From the IMG/VR virus record IMGVR_UViG_3300031718_000003, positions 10,760 to 74,759 of that record: DNA of 64,000 nucleotides; one strand, given 5' to 3'. A program made the position numbers and the translations under genes. The notes beneath the pieces were generated by a model, which was given only the letters and a program-made list of their open reading frames with translations, was not told the origin of the DNA and made no database searches. Positions 1-9,912 of the stretch are shown here, in pieces; within the stretch, counting starts at the first letter, position 1, and each line of letters opens with the position of its first letter. This stretch comes from a virus.

Positions 1-125
1 AACCGCATGAGCGAGTTCTGTAGAATCGCCACAGGGTTGAGTAGTTCGTTTGCCATCTTGCCTTTTTTGGTTTGGCGATCACCGCACGCGCGGGACGCCT
101 GGGTTGAACAAACTGCAAAAACGAT

Positions 126-1385
126 TTACCGCGTTGCCTCTTCGGCTTCGTACATGCGCCGGTACACGTCGGGATCCAGCGCCTTCAACTGCTGGGCATT
201 CAGATCCTTCAACGAACGGCGCGCGGTCGTGCCGCGGCTGCCCACGGGCCTGATGGGCGTGGACTTCGCGGTGTAAACGGGGGCAGGAACCACAACAGGA
301 ATCGGGCGCACTGGTCTCGCAGCAGCCACAGGTTCCACATGGATGGGGTCCTCGGGTACTTCTTCCGCCTGGGCGCCAGCTTCAGCATCAGCCAGCGCTT
401 GTTGCTCCTCGGCGGTTAATCCGGCAAATTCTTGAGCTTCAGCCTCAGCCGCTTCCGTAGCCAGCTTCAGCGCAATGTTTTCAACTTCCCGATAAGCCAG
501 GCTCAACAGGCGGCGCTGCTCAAACTGGGAGCTGCCAGCTTTTTGCATGGTCGCGTCATTAATGCGCTTCAGCTCTGCGTCGTGTGTCGCGAGGTAGTAC
601 AGCACTTCGCCGCCTGCGTCCGAGTCCCTCACGGCGAGCGTGAGAGGGCCAGAGAAGGGGCGATTGTTGTTTTCCGGTCGCTTCAGCACTTCGGGAAAAT
701 CAGGGTGTTCCGCTACAGCCGCGTCAAACTTGGTCTTCCAGCGCTCGGTTTCCGCTGCCTGCTCGGCTTCCGCTGCGGTGCGGGCCTCGCGGGCGGCAGT
801 CGATTGACGCTCAGATTCCTCGCGTTCGCGCGTTTGCCGCTCGGTTTCTTTCTCGATCCTCCGGTTATCGCGGTAGGTCCAGCCTGCTAATGCTTCGATG
901 AATTCTTCGTAGCTTGCGAAGTTCTCGAGGGCGGGCTTGCCTTCCGCGGCCGGCGGTTTGACTGCTTCCGGTTCGAGCTTCTTAACAGGTTCCGGGGCTT
1001 TTTCCACTAGCGGTGCAGCAGCTTGTGTAGTGGTTTTGGCTGCCAGTTCCCGTTTTAGACGCTCGTTCTCAGATTGGAGATTGACTATTTTCTTTCTGAA
1101 TCCGCCCAATTTTTTATGAGGGACTACCGGAACTTCTTTTCCTTCCGGGTCTTGACCATCGGCACTCTCCAATTCCGTACCGTCCGGGGATAAGTTCGCC
1201 TGATCGGTCGCGGGGTCTGCGGCTGCTGGCTCTGCAACAGCTTCGGCAGTTTCAGGGTCCGGCTGATCGTTGACGGTTTCTGTGTGGACGTCGTTGAAAC
1301 CTTCGTCCAGAATCTTCTGGATCGTTTCGGCGGATTGGGTGCGTGAGGTGACGATTAACTCGGGTAGTTCTTCGGTGACGCGCAT
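126..1385 (-). CDS. Phage scaffold-like protein
   Basis: 419 aa, acidic, Glu/Ala-rich and coiled-coil-like, with a KPALENFASYEEFIEALAGW segment; lies downstream of the portal, the usual scaffold position in P22-like head modules. Confidence 0.65.
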   Translation of the reverse strand: MRVTEELPELIVTSRTQSAETIQKILDEGFNDVHTETVNDQPDPETAEAVAEPAAADPATDQANLSPDGTELESADGQDPEGKEVPVVPHKKLGGFRKKIVNLQSENERLKRELAAKTTTQAAAPLVEKAPEPVKKLEPEAVKPPAAEGKPALENFASYEEFIEALAGWTYRDNRRIEKETERQTREREESERQSTAAREARTAAEAEQAAETERWKTKFDAAVAEHPDFPEVLKRPENNNRPFSGPLTLAVRDSDAGGEVLYYLATHDAELKRINDATMQKAGSSQFEQRRLLSLAYREVENIALKLATEAAEAEAQEFAGLTAEEQQALADAEAGAQAEEVPEDPIHVEPVAAARPVRPIPVVVPAPVYTAKSTPIRPVGSRGTTARRSLKDLNAQQLKALDPDVYRRMYEAEEATR

Positions 1386-1554
1386 GAGTGGTATGGTTCC
1401 TTTGATACAGGCCGCAGATCCCTAATTTCTTAAGGCCAGGTCTGTTGGGTTGGGATTAGGATTCCAGAAAGATAAAAATGCTTGTTGCTTCGGGGTCAGA
1501 CACAAACTGCTTTCAGCCCCCAACGTTTGCGCCTGATCTGTCAGAATAAGAAGC

Positions 1555-1977
1555 ATGAGATCAAGTTCGGATGTTCGCAGGAGAATAAAGGTGGCCCGGA
1601 ACGTTGTGAGACGGTTCGTTCGCCATACGCCGAATGCAAAGATCGTCGAGCTGCTCGATGCGGCACGTCAAGGTAAGGTCACGTGCTTTAAGGCTGGGAC
1701 CTGCCTTGTGGATAGCGTCTATGGGCGCAGGGCGTGGATGGACAGAGCTGGCTTCCACTTTGGTCAGACGACTTACCATGCCTGGGTCTTGCTTGGTTTC
1801 AGGGGGAATGAGAGATCCTTTTCTATCCTGGCTGGAGGAGACGATCGTCTGCGCAATCGGAGGCTGGTGCCTATCATTCTCGCGGAAGTGAAGCGGCGCA
1901 ACGCTATCCATTGGCATTCCCCGGCAGTTGGGCTGGCCGGCCCTGCAGGCACGACCGTACTCGTATCTTGGCAATAG
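1555..1977 (+). CDS. Hypothetical moron-like protein, antisense to the head operon
   Basis: 140 aa ORF filling the portal-scaffold gap; starts about 20 nt after a bipartite element (1488-1534). Confidence 0.5.
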   Translation: MRSSSDVRRRIKVARNVVRRFVRHTPNAKIVELLDAARQGKVTCFKAGTCLVDSVYGRRAWMDRAGFHFGQTTYHAWVLLGFRGNERSFSILAGGDDRLRNRRLVPIILAEVKRRNAIHWHSPAVGLAGPAGTTVLVSWQ

Positions 1978-1995
1978 TCCCACGCACCCATGTGG

Positions 1996-4221
1996 TTATT
2001 GTTCCCCTTGTGGCTGGCCCTGCTGTGCCTGCGCCTGTTGCTGTTGCGTAGCCATATCCTGCTGGTGCTGCTGATCGGTCTGCTGCATCCCCTGCTCGTG
2101 CTGTTGCTGTTGGTCGGCCTGCTGGGATTCCGCCTGGATGCCGACGTTGGCTTGCAAGAGATCGAGGCGATGCTTGATGGAACCAAATTCCAAGGCCGCG
2201 AGCTTCTGGGCTTCGGCGCTCTTAGCTGACAGCTCGGCGACGACGATATTGGTCGCGTTGTTCTGGCTTGCGATGCGTTCGCGGCTCTCGAGATCCAATT
2301 GCTTGGTCTCGATGATCTGGCTTAGCTTGTGAAGCTGCTGGGTCATCATCTGGATCATGGTCTGTTGCTGCTGCATCTGGGCCTGGACCTGCGGTGGAAC
2401 GGGGTCTTGGTCGCCGCTTTGTGCGACACCAGGGGGCATCAGGCGATCGGCGAGCTCCTGGGCTTGCGGGATGTCCAACATGCGAACCAGGATGTCAGCG
2501 CCGCGCGCCATCACCTGGGGCATGGCTTGCGCGAGTTGCATGAGTTGATCGGCGCCCTGCTGACGGCGAGAGGCGTAGCTCGGCCCGGTGCCGATTGTGA
2601 CGTCGTAGCGCGCGGGCCGGTGGTTGATGCCGATTTTGAAGATCCTCTGGACCGCGCCTTCCTTAAACATCTGGTTGATCTTGATCTGCTTCACCGTTTG
2701 GTCCGGGTTCACGATGTTCATGACCCGAGGCTCGGAGTAGACGTAGGGGATCAAGTCCAGCTTGATTCGCGCATCGTGCTTCATGGCGCGCGCCAGGTTG
2801 TCGTGATAATTGAAATGGGCGTTGTCGCTCTGCCTCTGCCGGGCATTGATTGCCACCCCGGACTTCTCCGGGGCGGGAGCGCCTAACGATGGATCAAACG
2901 TCGAGAGCGCGGCCTTGGTGTCGTCGGAAGCCGCCCTGATCGCCTGGGTGATCGCCTGGACGGCCGGCTCGGCGTTGATGCGAATCGGGGCCGGGATGGG
3001 GTCGTTCTGGTCGCCGATGTGTTTGTATTCGAGGTAGCTGAAGGCTTTGCGGTTCGCGTCCGCCCATGTCGCCTGATGGCCTTCGAGCTGGCCTTCTGCC
3101 ACGAGCCATTGCGAGATTGGCGCGAGGCCGATGGCTTCGGCTTCCTTCGACCGCATGTAGTCGTATTGCAGGTTGGCATCCTGGGCCATGCGCACCATAC
3201 CGTGCAACTGGCGTTTGCCGTCCTTGATGATTTCGCGCCCCAGTACCGGTACGAGCGGTATCCACTTACCCGGCCAATCGACCTTCTCGATGATGCCCAT
3301 GCCGGTTAATTTCGCCATTTTGACCGTACGCTTCTCCACTTGCCGCTCACCCAACTGGCGCATACCATCGGGGACTTTGTTCTTCGCAACTACCTTCCGG
3401 TTATCGAGAAGGACGACGGTTTCCAGGTCGGTTTCGACATACCAGTACTCCGCCACTCGCACGGCGCCGTTCGGGAACCACTCGGTCCGGACTTTGTCGC
3501 CGGTTGCCGAGAAATCGGCGAGTCCCGCTGCATGGGCGTCGGGGTACAGGTCTTCGAATACGTCCTTGTCGATGTCCTCGGTGACAAAGCAATAGCGCAT
3601 GTCCGAGTAATCGAACTGGTCTGCGGCCGGGTCCGGATAGACACAGAACGGGTTTGCGATGCGGCCGACGACGATCTTCTGCTCAAACGAGTCGTCTGCT
3701 TCGTACTCGAATAGAATCCTCCACCACGCCCGCCCGATCTGCACCGCAGGCTCGTAGGCGCTCATGTAGGCGATTTCGGCCGAGGAGTCCTGATCGATGT
3801 TGCGTAGGATGCCTTCCAGAATTTCCGCGGTATCTTTATCGGCGCCGGCGCCTACCGGGGAGATCCGCGCCTCGGGCGGCGATTGCCGCATGTCGTTGAT
3901 GACTTGATCGATACTCGGGCCGATCTTGTCGAACACGAGACAGGGACGCCCCTGACGCTCGGCCTTCATGACCGGGTCCCAGTGGTCGCCCGCGAGGAAG
4001 TTCAGTTCGCTTTGGGCTTTGATGCGCCATTCCGATTCGTAGGATTGGACGGTGCGGAATCGCTCGAGCGCCTGGTCGTGCAGGTCCTGATCGGCTTCGG
4101 AGACCGGTGCATCGCCCGATTTCACGCGGCTCGCAATTCCCACGGCCATCGGTTGGCGCACGCTTGCACTGGTGGCTACGGTGGCTAGGGATTGTTGGGT
4201 ATTAGGAGGAGAAGGAGACAA
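1996..4221 (-). CDS. Portal protein, P22-like
   Basis: 741 aa; motifs FLAGDHW, RPCLVFDKI, WPGKWIPLVPV, SGVAINARQRQ, RYDVTIGTGPSYASRRQ; Gln-rich C-terminal barrel. Confidence 0.92.
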   Translation of the reverse strand: MSPSPPNTQQSLATVATSASVRQPMAVGIASRVKSGDAPVSEADQDLHDQALERFRTVQSYESEWRIKAQSELNFLAGDHWDPVMKAERQGRPCLVFDKIGPSIDQVINDMRQSPPEARISPVGAGADKDTAEILEGILRNIDQDSSAEIAYMSAYEPAVQIGRAWWRILFEYEADDSFEQKIVVGRIANPFCVYPDPAADQFDYSDMRYCFVTEDIDKDVFEDLYPDAHAAGLADFSATGDKVRTEWFPNGAVRVAEYWYVETDLETVVLLDNRKVVAKNKVPDGMRQLGERQVEKRTVKMAKLTGMGIIEKVDWPGKWIPLVPVLGREIIKDGKRQLHGMVRMAQDANLQYDYMRSKEAEAIGLAPISQWLVAEGQLEGHQATWADANRKAFSYLEYKHIGDQNDPIPAPIRINAEPAVQAITQAIRAASDDTKAALSTFDPSLGAPAPEKSGVAINARQRQSDNAHFNYHDNLARAMKHDARIKLDLIPYVYSEPRVMNIVNPDQTVKQIKINQMFKEGAVQRIFKIGINHRPARYDVTIGTGPSYASRRQQGADQLMQLAQAMPQVMARGADILVRMLDIPQAQELADRLMPPGVAQSGDQDPVPPQVQAQMQQQQTMIQMMTQQLHKLSQIIETKQLDLESRERIASQNNATNIVVAELSAKSAEAQKLAALEFGSIKHRLDLLQANVGIQAESQQADQQQQHEQGMQQTDQQHQQDMATQQQQAQAQQGQPQGEQ

Positions 4222-4347
4222 GGCGAATTACTCAGAAAGGGGAAAAGCAGTTGATAACCGACACAAAGACAGATGATTTCTTCGGGGTCCGTGGTCGATT
4301 GCCCTCCGCGCTCGACGTTTGCGCCTAGAGGGTCTAAACTGTCAGAT

Positions 4348-4626
4348 ATGCCTTGTTCCGACTACCACGATCACGGGCCGACCCCAGAAGAGGTCCGCCG
4401 TCAGGACATCATGTGCCGTCTGGCGTGCGAGTACTGTTCGACGCTAAAGACCACGGGTAAGGAAATTCCGCTCTACGCGCGAGAGTGGTGGCAGCAGCAC
4501 GAACGTGACGATAAGGCTCGAATTGTCACAGAAGCGAAGCGCGAGCGCGTGCCTCAATTGGTGCGCTCCGGCCTTGCAAAACTGACCCCGAAGGAGTGCG
4601 AGGCGCTGGGCCTGCGGAAATTCTGA
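4348..4626 (+). CDS. Hypothetical phage protein (moron)
   Basis: ATG at 4348 just after element 4280-4326; WWQQHERDD...LAKLTPKE..ALGL pattern. Confidence 0.6.
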   Translation: MPCSDYHDHGPTPEEVRRQDIMCRLACEYCSTLKTTGKEIPLYAREWWQQHERDDKARIVTEAKRERVPQLVRSGLAKLTPKECEALGLRKF

Positions 4627-4629
4627 CCT

Positions 4630-4965
4630 TTATGAGTACCCCGTTGTATCCAGTTCCTGCGCATGCCGCCGCATCCGGCTGAACATTGGGACGCGCGTGC
4701 CGGTTTTATTGCCCAGCCACACCGATTTCGCGGTATGGGCCACGTGGTTGGACATCGCCTGCAATGCGCCTGGGTTTTTGAACACGAAAGATTTCGTGGC
4801 CTTTATTGCGTTCGGCCCCGAGCCGAAGTGGTGCGTGGCCGTGAATCCGTTCGCCGCGGGGTGAATATGGATCGAGGTCAGCTTGGGCGCGTGGACCGAC
4901 AGCACCTTTGGAGGGTGCGGAGGCTTGGCGATAGCTAGCGTGGTTTTGGGTAGAGGCGCGAACAT
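4630..4965 (-). CDS. Hypothetical protein, paralog of 5739-6047
   Basis: IHIHPAANGFTATHH...FVF resembles MEIEPADNGFVAMTHH...KVF in 5739-6047. Confidence 0.55.
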   Translation of the reverse strand: MFAPLPKTTLAIAKPPHPPKVLSVHAPKLTSIHIHPAANGFTATHHFGSGPNAIKATKSFVFKNPGALQAMSNHVAHTAKSVWLGNKTGTRVPMFSRMRRHAQELDTTGYS

Positions 4966-5080
4966 TTAAGTTCTTCCGTTTCCTTTTTTCTTCGGGGTCG
5001 GCCCGGAACTGCCATGAGCCTCCAACGTTTGCGCTCGGTCCTTTGGTTTGATACTAATCAAAAGCGAGGAAAACACAGAA

Positions 5081-5467
5081 ATGGACAACATCCCCTTGGA
5101 GGAAGTAATTGCGCGTGTCTGCCACGCCGCTAATCGGGCCTACTGCGAGTCCATGGGCCACAATTCACAGCCGCCGTGGGACGAGGCGCCCGAATGGGAG
5201 AGAAGTGTGGAAATCCGGGGCGTGCAACTTCATTTAGCAACCCTCAAAGCTGGTGAAAAGCCTGGGCCTGGGACGTGGCACGAGAAGTGGATGGAGAAAA
5301 AACGTCGCGAAGGATGGTGCTACGGCCCGGTGGAAGATGCGGTTACGAAGCGTCATCCTCATTTCCTGCCTTATGTCGATCTGCCTATGGAGCTGCGGAT
5401 GAAAAACCACATCTTTGTCGGTATCGTCGGTGGATTTTTCGAAGCGCTGGAGAGTTTCAGGAGCTAG
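5081..5467 (+). CDS. RyR-domain-like phage protein (moron)
   Basis: IARVCHAANRAYC...WHEKWMEKKRREGWCYG...HPHFLPYVDLP resembles RyR-repeat proteins; preceded by element 4990-5036. Confidence 0.7.
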   Translation: MDNIPLEEVIARVCHAANRAYCESMGHNSQPPWDEAPEWERSVEIRGVQLHLATLKAGEKPGPGTWHEKWMEKKRREGWCYGPVEDAVTKRHPHFLPYVDLPMELRMKNHIFVGIVGGFFEALESFRS

Positions 5468-5738
5468 GAAGTGGAAACTCTGGATCGAGCACCCATCCTT
5501 TCAGCACACGGCATCCATCGGCCCTGATTCGGCTGACCTCGAGGCCAAGCGGCAATTCTTCGCCGTAGTCGATCCTTACTAGCGCCAGCTGGTGGGCGTC
5601 AATGAATACAACGTTGTGCTCAATGGAATAGAATTCCGGCACTTGTCGTCGCTCAGTGGTTTGATAGAGTCCGGCCGGCAGCGTGTCGAGATCGTAGCCA
5701 GGTGCGAGCGCCTGGCGCGCAAATTCCCGCCCTCGCAT

Positions 5739-6047
5739 CTACGCCGCCTTGGGTTTTTCCTTACCCTGCGCGGGCTGCGTTTTGACGCTCTTGGCCGGCG
5801 CGGCAGCATCTTTTTCCTTTGACTTCGGTTTCTTGCCGCCACCGAAGGTGTCGTTTACGTGCGCTCCCAGGTCCTCCGAGTCCATGAACACTTTGCGTTC
5901 CGGCTCGGGGAAGGGGTCGTCTTTGGAGGTGGGGTGGTGGTGGGTCATGGCGACGAAACCGTTGTCGGCGGGTTCGATTTCCATGCGCCGTACCCCTTTA
6001 TGGGCGGCTGCTGGCTTGCGGGCTGAGGCTGTGACTACTTGTTGCAT
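5739..6047 (-). CDS. Hypothetical protein
   Basis: AAGGAG RBS upstream, 102 aa, paralogous to 4630-4965. Confidence 0.6.
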   Translation of the reverse strand: MQQVVTASARKPAAAHKGVRRMEIEPADNGFVAMTHHHPTSKDDPFPEPERKVFMDSEDLGAHVNDTFGGGKKPKSKEKDAAAPAKSVKTQPAQGKEKPKAA

Positions 6048-6166
6048 GAGGTGTGTTTCTCCTTTGAGATTTGGGTGAAGATGATTTCTTCGGGGTCAGA
6101 CAAGACTCGCTCTCGGCCATCAACGTTTGCGCCTAGAGGGTTTAAACTGAATTCAAGAGTCCCACT

Positions 6167-6448
6167 ATGAATCGCCGCCACTTCTTCGCGCTGGTTGCCG
6201 CTCTGTTCACGGGCCGGAAGGCGCTGGGCGCGACCCCGACTCCTGAGGCGTCGGTGGTCGAATACTCTTATCACCTTGTGAATGCGATGCCCGCCAACTT
6301 TCATCACTGGATAAGCCCGATGAAGCAGATGGGCCCCGAGTACTTCTTCTGTGATGGAAGCGACATCTATGTTTGGCCGCCGTTGCGGAGGATCACCGAA
6401 GAGACGAGGCCCGCGAACAGCAGGAAGAAGCCAAGCGGCGGAAGATAG
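6167..6448 (+). CDS. Small protein with twin-arginine-like N-terminus (moron)
   Basis: MNRRHFFALVAAL start; preceded by element 6088-6134. Confidence 0.5.
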   Translation: MNRRHFFALVAALFTGRKALGATPTPEASVVEYSYHLVNAMPANFHHWISPMKQMGPEYFFCDGSDIYVWPPLRRITEETRPANSRKKPSGGR

Positions 6449-6469
6449 TCGAACTTCGACGCGCTGAAA

Positions 6470-6952
6470 TTACGAGCCACTGACGATCGGCTTCTGCGCG
6501 ACCGGGTGCTCGCGACCCTTCGCCACCTGGTGGATCGGGACTACCTGCCCGTTCTTCACATGGTGGTAGAGCGCATCCGGGTCGTTCAGGGCAGATGACA
6601 ACAGGTGGTACGGCCTGCCCTCGGGATCGTGAATCACGTGGCTCCCGTCGGTGGGAAGATGGCAGTGCTCGAGCAGCTCCTGGATCGACGTGTGCTGTTT
6701 CACTGTCGCGGTCTGCCGCTTCTTGTGCTCGCCGTATTCCAGTTCGATGCGCTTCGGCGTGAAGATCTCAGGTTCTTCCTTCTTGGCTGCGCCTTCTTCA
6801 GCCAGGGCGTCACCGAGCGTCGCGGCGTCCTGTTTCAGCTTAGCGCCCGATTCAGAGTCAGGGTCAGACGGTTCATAGTCAGGGTCAGACGGTTCATAGT
6901 CAGGGTCAGGCGTTGGATCGTTCGGGTCTGGAACAGCATTTTTGTTGGGCAT
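6470..6952 (-). CDS. Hypothetical protein with DPDYEPS repeats
   Basis: AAGGAG RBS upstream; 160 aa. Confidence 0.6.
   Translation of the reverse strand: MPNKNAVPDPNDPTPDPDYEPSDPDYEPSDPDSESGAKLKQDAATLGDALAEEGAAKKEEPEIFTPKRIELEYGEHKKRQTATVKQHTSIQELLEHCHLPTDGSHVIHDPEGRPYHLLSSALNDPDALYHHVKNGQVVPIHQVAKGREHPVAQKPIVSGS
6856..6909. repeat. 21-bp tandem repeat (about 2.5 copies, AGTCAGGGTCAGACGGTTCAT)
   Basis: Directly visible; encodes DPDYEPS repeats. Confidence 0.9.
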
Positions 6953-7115
6953 TCAGGTTCTCCTTATTGGAGTTAAGTCTACTTCTTTTCTTCGGGGTCC
7001 GTGGTCATCGCACTGATCGGGCGTTCGTTTGCGCCTGATCTCTCGACCAGTCCGAACGCAAACGGCGGATTGGTGAGAGAGACAGCTACCCCGAAGCCAT
7101 GATCTTTAGCTTTAT

Positions 7116-7652
7116 CTAATCCTCCAGCACAGCCAACACATGCTGCGTGGTCTCGGCATCTTCGTGGAGGATCATATACTCCTTGCCTTCGAACATCACT
7201 TCTGAGCCTGGCCTCTGGAGGTAGAGGATGCGGTCGCCGATCTTCAGCTCCATGGGCCGACGCTCGGTATACAGGTGGCCATCAGCTCCCGTGTGCAGTA
7301 GCTCGGTGTTGTTTGATCCGCAGTGTGGGCAGTTGGCTACGGCGTGACCGAAATCATTGGGGCCGCTGACGCGTCGAATTGTGCTCGTGTAAAAAGGATC
7401 TCTATGACCACTCACATCGCTACAGTGTCTACACCACAAGCCAATGGCGCGGTCTCCCGGACCCACCGCGATCACCAGGCCGGTGCGGTAATAAACTTCC
7501 TCCTGGCGCGCCCGCTCCGGAATCCAGATTGATCCGCGCATCGCCGGCGCTTCGTCTGGGAGCACGAGCACCTGGTCTTCGAGGGGTTCGAAGGTGGCGG
7601 GGTCGAAGAATTGCCCCACGTATGCCTCGGTACGCTTATATGTGAATGGCAT
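7116..7652 (-). CDS. GroES/Cpn10-like co-chaperonin with a Zn-finger-like insertion
   Basis: EPLEDQVLV, IWIP, GLVIAVGPG, LKIGDRILY, GSEVMFEGKEYMILHE..VLAVLE; CRHC and CPHC inserted after AVGPG. Confidence 0.85.
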   Translation of the reverse strand: MPFTYKRTEAYVGQFFDPATFEPLEDQVLVLPDEAPAMRGSIWIPERARQEEVYYRTGLVIAVGPGDRAIGLWCRHCSDVSGHRDPFYTSTIRRVSGPNDFGHAVANCPHCGSNNTELLHTGADGHLYTERRPMELKIGDRILYLQRPGSEVMFEGKEYMILHEDAETTQHVLAVLED

Positions 7653-8150
7653 AACTAAAATCTACTTCATGGCTTCGGGGTCGGTGGGCAGAAACAATCC
7701 GCAACCCGCCGTTTGCGCCTGGAGCGTCGAGTACCATTGGAAACCCCGCTCTGCGCTCATTGCTCCGCGGAGATATTGCTCTCGGACTTTTGGTTCGTTC
7801 TTCACGCATGCGTCCAGGAAGTCGTGAATGTGTGCAGTAAGTTCCTCAAGGGCCGGGGGTCTCGTCAGCCCAGGCGCAAACGTTGAGCGCGGGGAGCAGC
7901 GCCGGGCGGACCCCGAAGTAATCGGCATTGCGTTCATCTTGGAGTTAATTCAGCCTCGCGAGAGCTCTCTCAACACTGGTAACCACGGATCGCTGCCAGT
8001 TTTGATCGACCATTTGAAAATAAACGCGCAGCGCTTCAGCCAAGCTCATGGTTCGAACGGCGCCGATCGAGGAATAGCCACTGCCGAATAAACCGCACCA
8101 GTAAGCTTCTGGTGGTTTGCCAACAGGCAGAATGCGGAGGCTGGGTTTCA

Positions 8151-8573
8151 TCACACACTCCGCGCATACTCCAGGCATCGGCTGTCATCTTGGCGTATCC
8201 GCTGCTGCGCCGCCCAGATAAATGCGCCGTGAATCTCGCGATGCGCTTTATCCCCCCGAGGTTTTACGCTCGCGAGCAGCCTCACGTCCTCAGGTTTCAT
8301 CGCCGCCACCTGGTCGTGGGCGAGCTGAAATACGTCGGTCGGCTCCGGCTCACGAAAGCTGAAGCCTTCCATGCGCACTGGCTCGTACACCCACTTGGCG
8401 GAGCCACTAGCGGCTTCGGCTAGAACCGCCTGCGCGGTTGCGGTCGAGAACCGGCTGTCGAGCAGCATCTGGGTGTAAGTGTAGAATAGCCAGTGCGATC
8501 GCTGCCATTCCAGCTCCTGAGCGATCAGGCTGACACGGGTTCCGCGCGTGAAGGTTGGATTTTTTTGTCGCAT
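8151..8573 (-). CDS. Hypothetical protein
   Basis: 140 aa ORF in operon orientation. Confidence 0.45.
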   Translation of the reverse strand: MRQKNPTFTRGTRVSLIAQELEWQRSHWLFYTYTQMLLDSRFSTATAQAVLAEAASGSAKWVYEPVRMEGFSFREPEPTDVFQLAHDQVAAMKPEDVRLLASVKPRGDKAHREIHGAFIWAAQQRIRQDDSRCLEYARSV

Positions 8574-8584
8574 TCGCAGCAGTT

Positions 8585-8824
8585 TTAGCCGGGTAATTTG
8601 GGTTCAGCGGCGACGGTGGCCGCCTCGGTTTCGGCGATTGTCGAGTGCGCGTTGAAGTCCTTGCTCATGACGCCCATGGCGGCAAGGCCGCCTACCATTG
8701 CGTATTTTGAAATCGCAACGAGCCAGGGCATATGCACGAACAGCTCCGGGGAGAACACTACGAAACCGAAGCTCGCAGTGATAACGGACGTTACCGACGT
8801 CTTCCAGTTCTTCCAGAGGTTCAA
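8585..8824 (-). CDS. Small two-TM membrane protein (holin-like)
   Basis: C-terminal part of the listed ORF (probable TTG start at 8824): WKNWKTSVTSV...two hydrophobic segments...SKDFN. Confidence 0.5.
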   Translation of the reverse strand: MNLWKNWKTSVTSVITASFGFVVFSPELFVHMPWLVAISKYAMVGGLAAMGVMSKDFNAHSTIAETEAATVAAEPKLPG

Positions 8825-9261
8825 ACTGAGGCCTCGGCAAGAACCAGTGCCATGGAATACAACTGGCCCGGCGATACCTCGCGCGCCAGGAAGCCGGGGA
8901 AGATTCCATCCTGTTGCAGCGCGAGCACGCAGGAACCCGAGCACATCAGATCGTTGCGCTCGTCGGGGAGAAACGGCAGCGCAAACCCGATATCGGCGGC
9001 CCAGTCGTAGCCACGGCCGGTCTGAGCCTGCGCCCATGCGCGCACTGGAGCTTCGGGATATTTCGACGGGATCTCGACAAAGTCCCAGAGCTTGTCTGAT
9101 CCGTCGAACGGCAAAAGGTTCACGGCGGGCGTTTTTTCCGCGCGCGCGCTGAACGCCACACCATCGGTAAACACCAGCTCTACGTGCGAATAGGGGGAAT
9201 GCGTGCCGTATTCGATGGCAACCGACAGGATGCCGGCGCCTTTGTGGAATGCCAGTTTCAT
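8821..9261 (-). CDS. Permuted papain-like (NlpC/P60, YiiX/YebB-like) amidase
   Basis: SPYSHVELVF (His), GRGYDW and LMCS (Cys) in permuted order; probable start MKLAF at 9261. Confidence 0.75.
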   Translation of the reverse strand: MKLAFHKGAGILSVAIEYGTHSPYSHVELVFTDGVAFSARAEKTPAVNLLPFDGSDKLWDFVEIPSKYPEAPVRAWAQAQTGRGYDWAADIGFALPFLPDERNDLMCSGSCVLALQQDGIFPGFLAREVSPGQLYSMALVLAEASV

Positions 9262-9436
9262 TGGAATTTGCCCTAAAATGGAAGAATCTGTGGCCCTTTG
9301 TCGCGGCCAGTGTTCGGGAGACACTGACACAATAAAACACAGATGAGCAATCGCATCGAATCGAACGCGGGAAACAACCTCTTCCCAAAGCCTAGTGGGC
9401 GAGCCGTCTTAATCGGGCCGGACGGCTCCAGGGCAT

Positions 9437-9637
9437 TCAAACTTTTGGATGCTGCTCCCGAATCTCAGCCTGGAAGAACTTTCCTTTCGAACCGGATTCC
9501 AGAAATCGCTTGACCTTCGCGAGTGGAATTATATGCCTGCTGACTGCGCCGCTATGCCAGTGAATGCGGACCTGGTTGGTTGCGGGATCGTGCTCGATCG
9601 CCTGGATCGCAGAGGAGTCTACGGGATGGAAGTTCAT
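9437..9637 (-). CDS. KTSC domain protein
   Basis: PVDSSAIQAIEHD...FLESGSKGKFFQAEIR, 66 aa. Confidence 0.8.
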   Translation of the reverse strand: MNFHPVDSSAIQAIEHDPATNQVRIHWHSGAVSRHIIPLAKVKRFLESGSKGKFFQAEIREQHPKV

Positions 9638-9912
9638 GAGGCACTGTCGCCGCGCGCGGCATCAGCCATCCGCTTCTTCCAGTAGGTGACGACAAACTTG
9701 ACCATGGACTCGCCAGCGATGCCGAGGAGTGCGCGTGCGCGGCTTACCTGCACCTTGACCGTAGCCACCGAAGTGCCAAACCGCTCCGCAATCTCCTGAT
9801 AGCTCAGGCCCTCCTCGCAGATCAGTTTGATGATCTCACGCTCGCGCGGGCTGAGTCCGCGCTCGTGTTCGCCGGTACGGCCATCCAGGCTGATGCGCGC
9901 ATCCCCTATCAT
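9634..9912 (-). CDS. LuxR/sigma-region-4 HTH protein
   Basis: LSPREREIIKL...GLSYQEIAERFGTSVATVKVQVSRAR. Confidence 0.85.
   Translation of the reverse strand: MIGDARISLDGRTGEHERGLSPREREIIKLICEEGLSYQEIAERFGTSVATVKVQVSRARALLGIAGESMVKFVVTYWKKRMADAARGDSAS

Noticed and set aside
9401-9428. Hairpin GAGCCGTC...GACGGCTC, and a similar one at 22858-22880, as intrinsic terminators
   Set aside because: Stems are present but there is no convincing U-tract
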